Source: Balanoglossus misakiensis (taxonomy: Eukaryota > Animalia > Hemichordata). Taken from it: a stretch of 64,000 nucleotides of DNA. The translations under genes were made by a program, and so were the position numbers. This document shows positions 1-13,221 of this stretch, piece after piece. A model generated the notes under the pieces. It saw only the letters and a program-made list of their open reading frames with translations. It was not told the origin of the DNA and did not search any database. Location: the NCBI GenBank assembly GCA_040954595.2, contig CM082584.2, forward strand, positions 854,281-918,280, given 5' to 3'. Numbering within the stretch: the first letter of the stretch is position 1; the number at the start of each line of letters is the position of its first letter.

Positions 1-399
1 ACGTCTCAGATTTTAGACGGCTCTGCCAGCCAGACCTGAGCCGGTGTAAGGATTAACACCTCTCCGCAACCCATTGTCTATGGGGCCGAGCCTCAGCGCC
101 CATACATAAACTTTGTGTGTGTGGACACAACATGACTCAAAGGATTAATGCTCTGTGGTTAGCACTGGCAAATAGTGTCTCAAATTTTACCCTGTGTGAA
201 CCTGGTAAAAGAGGCATTGTGCCCTAGTGGCTAGGGTTGTGGGTTCGTTACCTAGACCTGGACATTTGGGTAGTATTTGCCTGTTGGATGATATATGAGA
301 CACAGACATTTGGGTAGTATTTGCCTGTTGGATGATAGATGAAATAAAATTAAAAATATATATATAGACAAATAAACTGTGTTCTCCTTTCTTTTACAT

Positions 400-600
400 C
401 ATTTGATTGTGAAAAGCCAGCACCACCAGTTAAAGGTATTTCCATCTGTAATGAGTTTGAGTCGGGTGTGTTCTGTCAGGTGGATTGTTTACCAGGGTAC
501 AAGTTTGCAAGCCTGCCAGCACCTTACTATCTCTGCCATAGTGAAGGATCTTTTAATCCTGAGAATCCAGACGAGGAATTCACCTTCCATGGATGTTCAG
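400..600 (+). CDS. exon: sushi/CCP domain
   Basis: FDCEKPAPPVKGISIC..CQVDCLPGYKF..YYLC..GCS, then G|gtgaga donor. The acceptor reads tacat rather than tacag. Confidence 0.75.
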
Positions 601-3600
601 GTGAGAAAAAAATGATTTGGTATCAGTAAAGAAATATAATCAGGTTGCACATGCACATTCAGAAAATTCTCCAAAGAGAGAGAGTTGTGAGAGGGGGTAT
701 TCCAGCATTGAGACAATTTTCTTTTAGTTATAAATGAAAACAGAAATATGAGTAATGCAAATTCTTGCTTTACAGTATGTCAAGGTTGTGATTACAGGTA
801 GATAATCTGTTAACATCATATCTGCTTACCCCAATATAAAGCTCCAGTACATTTGAGCTATTTTCTTAATATTTTGTTCTGGGTAAGCAGCTGTAACTTT
901 CCTGATTGGCTAAGCGGTTTAGCAGTCTAAGTCAATACATCGTTCGCTAGATTGAAAATTGCATCTTTAACAAAATTTGTTTGTATTGTTCTACTGCAGC
1001 TCCTGGGAAGACTCAACGTGGAGTGAATTGTGGCGTGTCATACAATTCACAGGCTGGTACATGTAACAATGGTGTCATCCAGCAATTGAGGATCAGTTTT
1101 ATGAACACTATCAACTATCTGAATGATTTGTTTGGTATTTGTGGCGGTGAATGCAACTTTGATGACCTTGAAATAACCTGCGGCGCCTCAAACCGAAGAA
1201 AGAGACAGGCTGATACTCAGCTTGTGGTTCAGTTCAGTTTCACAACCAATGCGTGAGTAGTAATTGTTATTTTTCGAGTATTTTATTCCCCTTCTGTTCT
1301 ATTGAAATGACTTTGGTGACATGTCTAGGGTACTGATCCCAGGCTGTGTGAGGACCAGCTCTGTATTCCCTATACAGCTGGTGTTTGCATTATTGCAAAA
1401 TATTCCATTCATGCAAGTGAAAACAAATTATTTTGTGTCTTAACACACAAACATTTTCAGTTTTTGGCAACCCCATCAGTTCTGCCCACCTTCCTTCATG
1501 TTGCGGCATCCTGTATTCTAAAGATTCATGCATTCGAAATATACTGCAAAACGTGTTATTTTCGCGAGCAGTAAATTTCTGCAAAACATGCGCTGGTCAA
1601 AAAAACGTTAAAATAAAAAGTTGTGTAAAATGTTTTTGGAGATAATGATGCAGTTAGTGAAATACGAGAACTCGAAAATTCGTCCTCACGTAACAGTCGC
1701 CTCTTTTAATATCGCGAAAATTTCCTGTCGTGAAAACAACCCAGTTTACAGTACACACTTCCGGTTGGTATTGTAATGTGGCATATGTAAGAATTTTTTG
1801 CATGTTGTTTTATCCATTAGCTCTGCTGATGCTGCAGCTGTAGTTATTGAAGATGCAGTCAACTATGGTCCTTTTGATACAGCTAAATATTCGGTCGACG
1901 CTGAGACATTACAAGTTGAAAGTACAATATTCTGTTCCAATGGTAGTGTTCTTGTTGGAGAAGAATGTGGTGAGTGCCTATACTCCTCAGTTGTTATGTA
2001 CTTTAACCCTTTCACTCCCAGTTTCCTCTATAGAGGTCAAACCTTACCATAGAAAACAATTGGTTTGGACTGAACCATGGTGGTGAAAGGATTAAAACTG
2101 TGTCCAAAATTAATATTATAAAAAGGTGTAGATGTTAATATGTTTATATCGCCTGATATGACCTGTTAGGTGGGCCGTATTGCTGCGAGTGTGGTTGTGA
2201 GTCGCAGTGTACAAATTAAAGACAAGTGTGAGTGGTAAATACAACCCAACCAAGAGGTGATATAAGGAAATAATTGATTTGATATGCTCATACCAAGGAG
2301 GGACAAAGTCTCTTTCTCGCTGCCCTTTTTCCATTAATTATGTTTGATAGAAGACACAGTTAATGTTATTCTACATGTGGATATATAGTGAATCAACATT
2401 CAACCACACACAACTGCAATCCCACTTGTAGACACAAGAGTGAAAAACTGGCCAAAATGAATGCTGTGTGTTACAATTGTAGTTGTGTTTTAAACCATTA
2501 ATGCATAATGATCAGTACATGAACAATGTATACATCTGCCTTCAACATTTTGTATTTCCACAGTATTGTGTCCTGAAGGGTCGTACCATGACACTGAGCT
2601 GAGTCAGTGCCATCCTTGTGCAATTGGATATTATCAACCCCTTGAAGGACAAACAGCATGCAATGCCTGTCCAAATAATGGAGTCACCAGGGGAAAGAGA
2701 TCATTATCCATCTTGCAGTGTTTTGTTATGTATAACAGAAGGCAATATCTCCTCCTCGTCCACAGCCATAGCCTAGTATCTAGCCGTATTTTGTCCGCTT
2801 TGCTTCCAAAACTAGCGTCTAGCCTCACTCATGCCACTGGCCCGATAAAACCCCATACCCCTTGACGGGAATTGTGACGTATATATCAAATTATTGTGGT
2901 GTGATCCAATATGGAAAGAATGACAATTGGAATGTTCATCTCTTTGGTTGAAAAAATAATTTTTCAACAATGATGTCTATTGCAGAGAGGTGCGATGTTG
3001 GTCACTACTTTGACAACGGGACTTCTTAGTGCCAAAGCTGCCCCATTGGATTCTGGCAATCAGAAGAAGGAAAGTTTGTGTGTAATACTTGCCCAAAGGA
3101 AATGCTTACATTAGTTGAAGGAGCTACTGATGAGTCACAATGTCAGGTTAGGTACTTGTGTTATTTGCTATTCTTGACTATCAATCACATGATCTGGCCA
3201 TGTGACGTACCCATGGCGTTATCATTTGTAAGTGACAGGCAAGCAATATTTCGGCATCCAGTAAACTTTTTTCCGAGTAGGTTTTTACTTTAGAACCGCC
3301 AGATATGTAACATATTCAACAGTTTAACAAATTCACGTGAGTGAAAAGCAGATAATCGTGAATATCAAAAAATTAATCTTCTCAATTACAGAGGTATGTA
3401 AATCAGTGGGAGTCCAACTTAGTGTCAATGGGTCTTGTGAGTCGTGTCCCATGGGAACCTATCGATCAAATGCTGAACTTCAGCCATCTTGTATGCCGTG
3501 CCCATTTGGCTTCACCACAAGAGCAGTCGGTTCAACCTTAAGTGAAGATTGTAATGTTTGTAAGTATTATGTATACAACTTTTCATGTTGTATCTCAACT

Positions 3601-5953
3601 GTACTGAACTGAAGGTTGTATTATTGTGCCTCAGTTGTTCAGAATAATGATAGTCCTCCAATTTTATTCTATGCTCTTTTTCCATTCCATCAACAGCTTA
3701 CTGCAATGTTGGTTGGTACTTGAATCAGGAGTCCTATAGATGTGAGAAATGCCCTGTTGGAACATATAACTTTGAATTCAACCAGGATGCTTGTCAACCA
3801 TGCCCAACTGGCTACACTACAGGCAGAGAGGGTGCCCTATATGAAACAGAATGTGATGGTAGGAATAATTTTTCATAATCATAGAACTGATAACATGCAT
3901 GAAGTGCTTGTGGAGATCAACCTTAACTGTTCAATCTGACACAAACACTTCATTATAAGAAATTTTCTTCTTTATTTAGAGTATCATTTGATATGTTGTG
4001 TGATCCAACATTTTTATATAATTTAATAATGCTCCTCTTTTAACACCTTTTCTGAAAATTTCACGGAAATAACAATATTGTAATACTGTTTTCTCAGAAT
4101 TCTACATGTTAGGCTACGGAATGTGATAACCATGCACTGCATCTGGGTAGTCATCTAACTTAAAGGTATACAGTCACCTCCAATTTACAAACGCCCATAT
4201 ATGGCTGAAATGGAGTATATGAGAGTTCTAAAGAACATATGGTGGCGCTCTTTTTTGCATGTGCCACCCACTGAAAATCTGTGATTGGCTAGATCTCCTT
4301 TTGCCATGGTAACTATAGCTAATTTTCCATAGGTGACCGTATACCTTTAACTGGTGATATGTATGAAGATCCCATAGTTTTATTTGGTGGTCAGTTAAAG
4401 ACATTGCAAGAATTTTTGTTTTCTAGATGCACATGAATGTCGTCTTGGTCTGGATGACTGTCACCCAAATGCCACTTGCAGGAATCTTGTACCAGGATAT
4501 GAATGCACTTGCAAAACTGGTTTCACTGGTGATGGAATAACTTGTACAGGTATGTAACTATCTACAACTGAAATGTCAACAGAAATATGTACAGCTAAAA
4601 CGTAGACACTACTGTTGATTTAGTATAGCTCTTGCTGCCCTTTTTTCCATTAATTATGTTTGATACAAGACACTGTTTATGTTATTCACCCGGTACATGT
4701 GGATATATAGTGAATCAATGTTCGACAGCACACAACTTCCATTCCGTTTGTAAGAAATGAATCTGCAAGTGGGTTTAGTTCTTGTCTAATACAAATGGTT
4801 CGTCAGGTAGAATAATGTGATGTGATTTTATTCTTGTGTCTAGATAAATGTGAAGGGTTCTGCTCAAACAATGCTGTTTGCATCAAGGACAGTGATGGCA
4901 ATCCTGTTTGTGAATGTACTGATGAATATCAAGGTGAAACTTGCCGCCAGAGAATACCAATGCAAGTTAAAGGTGTGTATACATTTCTTTGTCTTTTAAT
5001 AACTCAAGATTGAAAAACAATATTCACTAAAGTTTACACATTTGTTTGATCTACATGATTACAGTTTACGTTGTCTTGAAAATATTTGTGAAAATGGTGA
5101 AACTGCAACATCTGCAGTATAACTAGATTTTTGGTCAACTAACCATTTTACAATAGTTAAGCATCATAATGAATGGTTTTCTTGCTTTTATCGTAGCATA
5201 TCGCCCCCGTGACAAATAGAAATATTTAAACTCTTACAGATTCCTCCGTTGACACAGCTGTCATCATTGGTGGTGTTGCGGGAGGTTTAGCGGCTGTGTT
5301 AGTGCTTGGTGTAATAATGTTACTCATGTACCAACGGTAAGTTATTTAGTACTACCAGAGTAGAATCGAGACAGCTGTAGACATGTTGCCCATCAGAAAA
5401 CTGTGAATTTACCTGTATCTTTCCATACATGCATGAGGCAACGTGAAAAATAATCACATCTGTATCGTGGAAGCAAATTTATTCAAAGAGTTCATGCATA
5501 GACCTATTAGCGTATAGGGTAACTGCAGTGCATCATGGTATAATTTGCGTTCAACATGCATGGCGGCTAACAAGGCAAAGTCACGCGACCAGACCGCAAA
5601 GTGTCCAACAACCACCTGCGTTATTCTACAGTAGTAACAACATCACAACAAATCCCACATTGATGATGTTCAACTATTTGACATTCAGGTGTGCTCTTGG
5701 AGGAAAGAAACATCCAGGCTGGGAAGAACAAGAGGCAACTATGGATATCCATTGGTTTGATGATACAGATGATGTTGATAGCAAGGCAGGGAAAAGTGTG
5801 GAAGATGAGGAAGCCTTCAGAGAAATCTATCACTACAATCCCATGTATAGTGGCGACAGTGGTAGTGCCAGTGGAAGTGAGGAATGGAGACCAAGGCCTC
5901 TTAAGAGTAGAAATGAACTATTTCATGAGAGTCACGGAGACAGATACTTCTAA
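400..5953 (+). CDS. 3' part (11 exons) of a sushi/CCP + GCC2-GCC3 (ephrin-receptor-like Cys-rich) x4 + EGF x2 + TM protein, SVEP1/uninflatable-like; possibly pseudogenised
   Basis: Exons read manually: 400-600, 1000-1252, 1821-1969, 2564-2725, 2986-3147, 3392-3559, 3697-3858, 4427-4549, 4844-4972, 5240-5336, 5689-5953. Mostly GT-AG and phase 1. In-frame TAG at 3027-3029. The 5' end lies outside the window. Confidence 0.85.
1000..1252 (+). CDS. exon with furin-type RRKR site
   Basis: tgcag| acceptor and GC|gtgagt donor; ..ITCGASNRRKRQADTQ.. Confidence 0.8.
1542..1753. mobile_element. MITE, TA-flanked (Tc1/mariner-type ends)
   Basis: ta-CTGCAAAACGTGTTATTTTCGCG ... CGTGAAAACAACCCAGTTTACAG-ta; imperfect TIRs. 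Confidence 0.55.
1821..1969 (+). CDS. exon
   Basis: attag| ... FCSNGSVLVGEEC G|gtgagt; phase compatible with neighbouring exons. Confidence 0.8.
2003..2095. mobile_element. tiny piggyBac-type MITE
   Basis: ttaa-CCCTTTCAC ... GTGAAAGGA-ttaa. Confidence 0.5.
2564..3858 (+). CDS. four exons encoding GCC2/GCC3-type Cys-rich repeats
   Basis: CxxCxxGxY/W...CxxCP repeats in exons 2564-2725, 2986-3147, 3392-3559 and 3697-3858. Confidence 0.85.
4160..4350. mobile_element. Kolobok-type MITE (TTAA TSD)
   Basis: ttaa-AGGTATACAGTCACCT ... AGGTGACCGTATACCT-ttaa. Confidence 0.75.
4427..4972 (+). CDS. two EGF-like exons (4427-4549, 4844-4972)
   Basis: DAHECRLGLDDCHPNATCRNLVPGYECTCKTGFTGDGITC and DKCEGFCSNNAVC..CECTDEYQGETC; canonical phase-1 splice sites. 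Confidence 0.9.
5240..5953 (+). CDS. TM exon (5240-5336) and terminal cytoplasmic exon (5689-5953)
   Basis: AVIIGGVAGGLAAVLVLGVIMLLMY hydrophobic helix; CG|gtaagt ... ttcag|G; tail contains YNPMY; TAA at 5951-5953. Confidence 0.88.
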
Positions 5954-7586
5954 TGTGCCATCTCTGTGTGTACATGTATGGTATAATTCAAATGATAACT
6001 AGAATGGTTTCATTTTGTGAGTTGACACAGTACTGTGATAAGCTTGGTATAATCCCATAAATGATAACAATAATAGTTATGCTTTGTCAGACGACAGTAC
6101 TGTGATAAGCGCACATTAAATTGGTTGGAGTGAAACAGATCTTTATTATTACACTCTTAGCAACATCTGAATGAAATGATCATAAATAATCATCTTTAAA
6201 GTATGTTGGTTATAAGGCTATATATTTTACATATTTTAAAGAATTTTCCTTAAAAATTTGTTATGACTTAAGGTATTGTGTAATGAAAAAGATATGATAA
6301 TACGAGAATTCCTAAACAACAACATATTTTTGTTGAATTTGGAGGACAAATTTAACTGTGTACCAATTCAGCTCTCCCTTTGCATGCTGACTTGCTTCTG
6401 TATTCATACAAGGCAGCATTTATCCTTAACTTGATCAGGTAGAAGGTCTTTTCATCCAAATGCATAGATTATGAATTATTTCTCTCAATATATTCAGTGA
6501 CTACCTCCCGATGATATATATCCTCCTGAATTAGTGCTTCAAATTTTGATATTTTTCTTGATATTTTTCTTTAATTTGACTTCAACCGTCACCATTCTCC
6601 AAGACTGTAAAAGAAGGGAGATGATGATTAACTATTATCAATTTTTTTGCCCCTTGTACTGTCTTTACAACTGGCCGTATAAATCTGATATTTGTTTGGC
6701 ATGCGAATTTTGGAATATGGATGTGTATGATCACAATTATAAGATCCTCAAAATAAAAGATCCTATCATTTCATTTGGTTAATAACCAGTTCATAGGTGA
6801 ATGGAAATATAGTTACTCACTTTGAGACCTGACATGTATATATAATAATTCAAAGTATTTATTCGCATATTTTTATATTATTCATGGTGTTATAGATCAA
6901 TGGAAATTTTTCAAATTAAATTCATGTATATAAAATGTAGCAATGTAATGTCATATGTGAAACCCTTAATCTTGATATTGTAATTCATTGTAGAATATGA
7001 TTATATTGTGTTATTCACTCAACTTGTGCATGTATGTTTAAGATTCATGCAAAATTACTTTTTTATACAAACTGTTCCTTTTTGTGTTGTTCGGAGGTGA
7101 CAACTCATCAACAATGAAATAAGTTTGGGAAATTTTTGAACAAAGTCATGAAGTGGAAGTACTATAAATACGTTTAATATCTGTTTGAGTTGTCCTGCCA
7201 GAAGTCAACATTTTTAGCTTATACAAATACTGGTGCAACTACAGAACAGTTGAAGAATTTCATCATTATATTTAAGTTTTAATTACAAGTATATCAATTG
7301 TACCTTTTCCTTATATTAAAGCATATTTTTATTATAATATTTAACTGAGTTCTTTGTCTACTTTTTTAAACTGACAATTTGTCAGTCATCACCATAACCC
7401 TGGAGTGTATTTCACTGTGTCCAGAGATTCTTCTGTAGTTGTTATAATAAGACATCAAACCAGGTCCAATAATCAATATTACTAAAGCTAAGCTAATTAC
7501 CAGGTCCAGGTTCAAAAAAGAAATAAGAGAAAAAACTTACAATTTCAACAGGATCATCTTGAACCACTGCTAAGTGGTAGTACTCG

Positions 7587-8028
7587 CACAGGGGGGCTGC
7601 AAACATGCAAGTTATAAATGGCGGAGTTCCTGCATTTTCCCCCAATAAACATTAATTGATGAACAGTCTTTGCGCTTGTTTATTTTTCTGTGTTACCTCC
7701 ACCTGTCTTAGCAGTTGCTAATCCAGAATACAAACTATTGCATTTCCCATTAAGCACCTGCTAACGACTTAATCTGTGTGCCCCATCCACGGATTTAGTG
7801 GATTAAGTAAACATCGGTCAGTTCTCACTTGGTAAGAGAATACCCAGTACTCGCTGACCGATGTTTACTTTATTAACTTAATCCGTGGATGGGGCACACA
7901 GATTAAGTCGTTAGCAATGGGAAATGGATAGCTTTTATTCTGGATTAGCAAATGATAAGACAGGTTGGGAAAACGCAGAATGGAACGTACTTCGCCATTT
8001 ATAACTTTCATGTTTGCAGCCCCCTGTG
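7587..8028. mobile_element. foldback/MITE hairpin element
   Basis: 7587-7820 is an imperfect reverse complement of 7853-8028 (cacaggggggctgcaaacatg.. / ..catgtttgcagccccctgtg), with a ~30-bp loop. Confidence 0.8.
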
Positions 8029-10643
8029 GTACTAGGTGTCGGAAATGGGTAAGCACACCCTTCCAGCATGCTACACCCGTTAAGACTGACCCAAAGAGAC
8101 AGATTTAAGTTGAATTTGACTTAACTAACAAATTACTGTTGCAAGTCAAATCCATATTTTGACTTTATCTCTGACTGAGCGCAGCGTTGTCTGAGAGACA
8201 CTCCACGTCTTCCTCTTCACAAGCAGCCCACTTGAAGTTTCAGCAACATCCATAATAGTCCTAAAGTTGAGGTGCCAGTTAAAATTAGGTTTTTGGACCA
8301 AACTGGAATAGCTGCCGAAGTTTGGTATTTCAAATGATTGTCAGGTCACCTGTTTATTATATGACTGTGAGGTTTCTAACAAAAGGGAGATGACATACAA
8401 TCACAAGTGTAAATCTAATATTGAACATTACTTAAAGGGACAAATTGTTCAAATCCTCTTTTGAGCTTATTTGATCAATTTTGTTTGATATGAAATGTGC
8501 CTATTATGCTGTTTGACTTCTTTAAACATGCTTAAATACTGGCCAATAAATAACTCCACTATGTTTGAAATTAAACCAGATAGTACAATAATACATTCCA
8601 AATGTCATCTGTGATAACATCATGCTTTGGACTTTTTTACTTTATATATTACATAACATGTTACGGAGGGGGGGGGAGAGGTGAGAAAAGGAATGTGAGA
8701 AAGGAGAAGAAAAGCAAGAGGGCGGAAATGAGAATGTCAGGATGGAAAGGGAATGAGGGGAGGACTTTGACAGAAGGGGAGGGGAGAGACCGAATAAGTG
8801 AAGGTGAGAGAGGAAGTGGTTAGACAGGAAGAAAGGGAAATTAAAGCTCAATCACCACCACCACCACCACCACAATCATCATCATCACCATCATTGCCAT
8901 CATCATTCTGGAGGCATCGTGGCCTGTATTTGCCCATGGGCATCATGGGCCAAAAAAACTGATTCAGTGTAAATGTGCATAAACCACACTTTTGTACGAA
9001 CTCCTGTAACCGGTGACGCAAGTCGTGAGTGGATTTGTGGGCGTGTCGCGACCTTTTCTGTGAACGTGATGCAGAGTGATATATTGATGACCCCCCAGCC
9101 ACCCCCACACCCTTTGGTAACACACTTCTTAAACTTTCTTTACATAGAATGGACTTCTCAAACCTTCCTTACCAAAGTTCTGATTAAAGATATCTATCTT
9201 CTAGGGTACTACCAACAGCGTTTCACGTGACTGTAGACAAGCATCAAGTACCTGTACACAGACAAGGGCGTGCGCGCGTCCACAATAATTTAAAACGAAT
9301 GTTTCCACCGCCGTGTGTTTTATGCACATAAACACTGAATCAGCTTTAATATTGTCCCATGATGCCCCGTGAGTTGTCAGAGTACCAAACTGACAATGCT
9401 GGAGAAAAAATGAAGTGTTGACATGCATGTTGTTGAGGGGTTTCACAATGCATGTTACGGACGCTGGTTTCTCTTAGCAATAGAGTAGAGGCGTAAGGAT
9501 GGGTTGATCTTGTGATTAAGAATTTTGGCAAAGAAACAGAAATTGTGTCATTTAGTTTTGTATTAAACCCTATTCGCGTATTTTGTGTTAAAGCACGAAA
9601 TACTGCAATAATGAGATACGGTAGTATTTAACACATATAATATATGATATAATATAGCTTTATCAATACCAGTGAATTTTGTGACGTCATTGCTGTACAT
9701 TTTTTTATCTTTTATTTAAAACGCACAATGTTACATCAACAAATCAAAAGAAGAAACGAACTGAAAACTCACATCATAGCTTCAAAATTTATTACACTTT
9801 CTGGATGGTTGCATGATTCCTAAGGCTTGTATACCTTCAACCTCAATGTCACGCGGGAGGATTGGTGTTGGGAATGTAACGGGGAATTAAACTCTATCGA
9901 TGGGGATAACTCGCTTGGCTAATACTGAGAGGTACCTATATGGAATCGTGCTGACGTCCAGATACATCGACACGAACACTGGGTATTTATGGTAGCAACT
10001 GAGAATATAAGAATTTAATGAAATAAACCTACTCGACCACTTGCGTTCTGAGGACAAGAAGGACACAAATAGTCCGCCATCCAAAAGACCGTTCCAGCAT
10101 TTTATTTTTACCCGCCAAAAGACGCGGAGATATATTTTTAGATGAATGATCCATGCATACTCTGATTGCATAGTACTTGTCTTCCTTGTGTTCCTTAAAA
10201 CAATGAATGTATTGTATTTTCTTTTCTTTTCATCAGGAATGCGATAACTTTCTTAACACTTCAAAAGTTTCTTTACTCTTCAATCACTTCTGTCTCAAGT
10301 TTAACTTTTACTTCCAAATCTCAGGTCACAAACTCTATAGACTGCTAAACAATTTTCTTCCTAGTGTTGTATGCGCCACTTGTGAATTTTTGCGAGTGAG
10401 ATTCACGGGCGTTTGAGCACAATTTATACAAAATATGTTTATCGCCATTAGAAAAACGTTCGCGTAGAATCAATGACGTCATGGTAAATTTTAGCTGCAT
10501 GCTCCAATAGGGATGATAGGGAGACTACTTGTTGTAGAGCACCTGAAAATGTACGTATTTCGTCACTTCCTTTTCGCGAAATTTAATTCTTAACGGCATC
10601 TTAGTTTTAAGATTTGTGATTCCTTTTTTCTTCAGTTGTACAT

Positions 10644-10925
10644 TTGCATCACGGGATACTTCTTTGTAGACTATCGAACCTTGGCATCTCAGACACAGTA
10701 CTAACATGGTTTACATCTTACCTTCAATATAGATATCAAACTGTAATCATCGAAAACACTGCAAGTTCACAGTCACCTCTCGTATACGGGGTGCCACTGC
10801 CCCTCTGTTGTTCACCATTTATATAGCCCCACTTTATAGTAAACCGATTCGTCCCCACATCCTACAATTTCATCAGTACGCCGATGATAACCAGCGATAC
10901 CTCGCCTTTTCCCATCAAGATTCAA
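10644..10925 (+). mobile_element. degenerate L2/CR1 LINE reverse-transcriptase fragment
   Basis: HGILLCRLSNLGISDTVLTWFTSYLQYRYQTV..YGVP, then a frameshifted HQYADD. Confidence 0.8.
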
Positions 10926-10979
10926 CCTCTGACGTTCCTGTCTTCTAAGGATTGTTGAACTTTAATTCATGCAGTTTGT

Positions 10980-11752
10980 TGTTACGGCCGGTCGTCCTCC
11001 GGACGTTTACCTCATCGGCTTCTGTGGGGAATCAGCCACGTCCGAAAGCTGACGGCGTACATTCTCTCCATCTCCTTCTCCACCCAACATATTCATAAAG
11101 TCCGAGAGAGGTACCCGGCAGATCGTAAACCTTTCGTAGACAGAGACTTGCAAGAAGTTTTCCGAGTAACACAAAGTTCTGGTTTATTACTGGTCACACG
11201 TAAGAATTACACGACTCGATCCATGCTCGTTGACTCCCATCACGGATCTCCGGTGATAAATGTGTGATCTCAAATTTCACCACACCTTATTAATACGTTA
11301 GTCAAGTATTAAGTCATAAAAGGAACACGTCATCTTGATATTTCTTAAACATGAACTTAGCGCGTGATATCTCTATCTCGTTCTGACATGTATCAATTAC
11401 ACAATCTTGTTTACTCTGGGTCAAGTACCAATGTCAATACTGGACTAAAACCATATAAGTGAATGACTTCTTACGTAATCATAAACAAGATCTATGATCG
11501 TTAAAACTCAATCGTGACACTTGTATTACCGCTGGTTTCTCATGATTGTTCATGCATCGGGGAATCTGTAGCGATGAGGTAACGGGCTCTGACGAGAACC
11601 GTGATCCACGGAGAAACGTATCTGATTTACGTTCATTTATTGTCCGGAATTATTATAGTACATCAAATACGCCCAGTAAAGTACATGAGGAAGGGAACGA
11701 GCTCAGTAGCCTGAGGTACTCCCATCTCCCGTTATATTATTCTCCCCTAACT
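10980..11752 (-). mobile_element. probable solo LTR
   Basis: Ends TGTTACGG ... CCCCTAAC(t); minus-strand AATAAA near 11185; flanks ttgt/ttgg; no coding capacity. Confidence 0.35.
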
Positions 11753-11824
11753 TTGGAAACAAAGTTCTCTTATAATTACTTTTCTCAAGGCGTGGTTAAC
11801 CATGTAAAATATCACAAATACATG

Positions 11825-12612
11825 TAGTGGCCAGTGTCGTGCCCATTAATTTTGAGTGTTTGGTGAGGTCAACCTTTGCGTCAACATTGATTAACCAGGC
11901 CATGCAGAGCTACATTGTAGTGGCCAGTGTCGTGCCCATCAATTTTGAGTGTTTGGTGGGGTCAACCTTTGCGTCAACATTGATTAACCAGGCCATGCAG
12001 AGCTAGTGGCCAGTGTCGTGCCCATCAATTTTGAGTGTTTGGTGGGGTCAACCTTTGCGTCAACATTGATTAACCAGGCCATGCAGAGCTACATTGTAGT
12101 GGCCAGTGTCGTGCCCATCAATTTTGAGTGTTTGGTGGGGTCAACCTTTGCGTCAACATTGATTAACCAGGCCATGCAGAGCTAGTGGCCAGTGTCGTGC
12201 CCATCAATTTTGAGTGTTTGGTGGGGTCAACCTTTGCGTCAACATTGATTAACCAGGCCATGCAGAGCTAGTGGCCAGTGTCGTGCCCATCAATTTTGAG
12301 TGTTTGGTGGGGTCAACCTTTGCGTCAACATTGATTAACCAGGCCATGCAGAGCTAGTGGCCAGTGTCGTGCCCATCAATTTTGAGTGTTTGGTGGGGTC
12401 AACCTTTGCGTCAACATCGATTAACCAGGCCATGCAGAGCTAGTGGCCAGTGTCGTGCCCATCAATTTTGAGTGTTTGGTGGGGTCAACCTTTGCGTCAA
12501 CATTGATTAACCAGGCCATGCAGAGCTAGTGGCCAGTGTCGTGCCCATTAATTTTGAGTGTTTGGTAGGGTCAACCTTTGCGTCAACATTGATTAACCAG
12601 GCCATGCAGAGC
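11825..12612. repeat. tandem repeat, 9 x 86 bp
   Basis: Unit tagtggccagtgtcgtgccc...ggccatgcagagc starts at 11825, 11918, 12004, 12097, 12183, 12269, 12355, 12441 and 12527; 7-bp tacattg follows copies 1 and 3. Confidence 0.97.
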
Positions 12613-13221
12613 TACATGTATGTTGCCTGTAAGGCACACATCTCCAATTGGTACATTGGGCCTATCATACTGTACATGTACAACTAGGAAAATGTACTTC
12701 ATCATATTTCCATAGTCAGCAGCTTCAAGAACATGTTGCCTTCTCTATATGAATGTTTAGACTAAAAAGAAGTATAAGAAGAATAAAGTTGTCCAATTAT
12801 TGTTGGCAGGGGGTGGGGATGTGTGCTCCCATACAAATGTATATGGGTATGTACTCTTTAAGAAAAACCTTCATATGCAAGAGAAAAATGGTAAATGACA
12901 AAGAAAATTTGACTGGTATTACAATAGGTCGGGTTTTTGGCATTTACACATATTGATGTTATCAACCGGGAAGCACACTACATGCTGAAAATAATTGGAG
13001 ACCTCTCGCCCGGGGTGTCGGCCAGTGGCCACATACATTTCCAGTCCTAATCCTTGCATCAGTTCTGTGGTGCGGATTAAGAAATAAGATTGGCGCTACA
13101 ATATGCCCACTTAGTTTGAAATGGATTCTGCATATATACATGTAAACACATTGAAAATGAGATATTACACATATAATCATGGGACAAGAAGGGCAAAAAT
13201 TAAATTATCCAGCAGGTGTTC

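Noticed and set aside
8602-9123. Short ORFs over purine-rich and (ACC)/(ATC) tracts
   Set aside because: Low-complexity sequence.
11825-12612. CRISPR-like array
   Set aside because: Head-to-tail units with no unique spacers, no cas genes, eukaryotic context.
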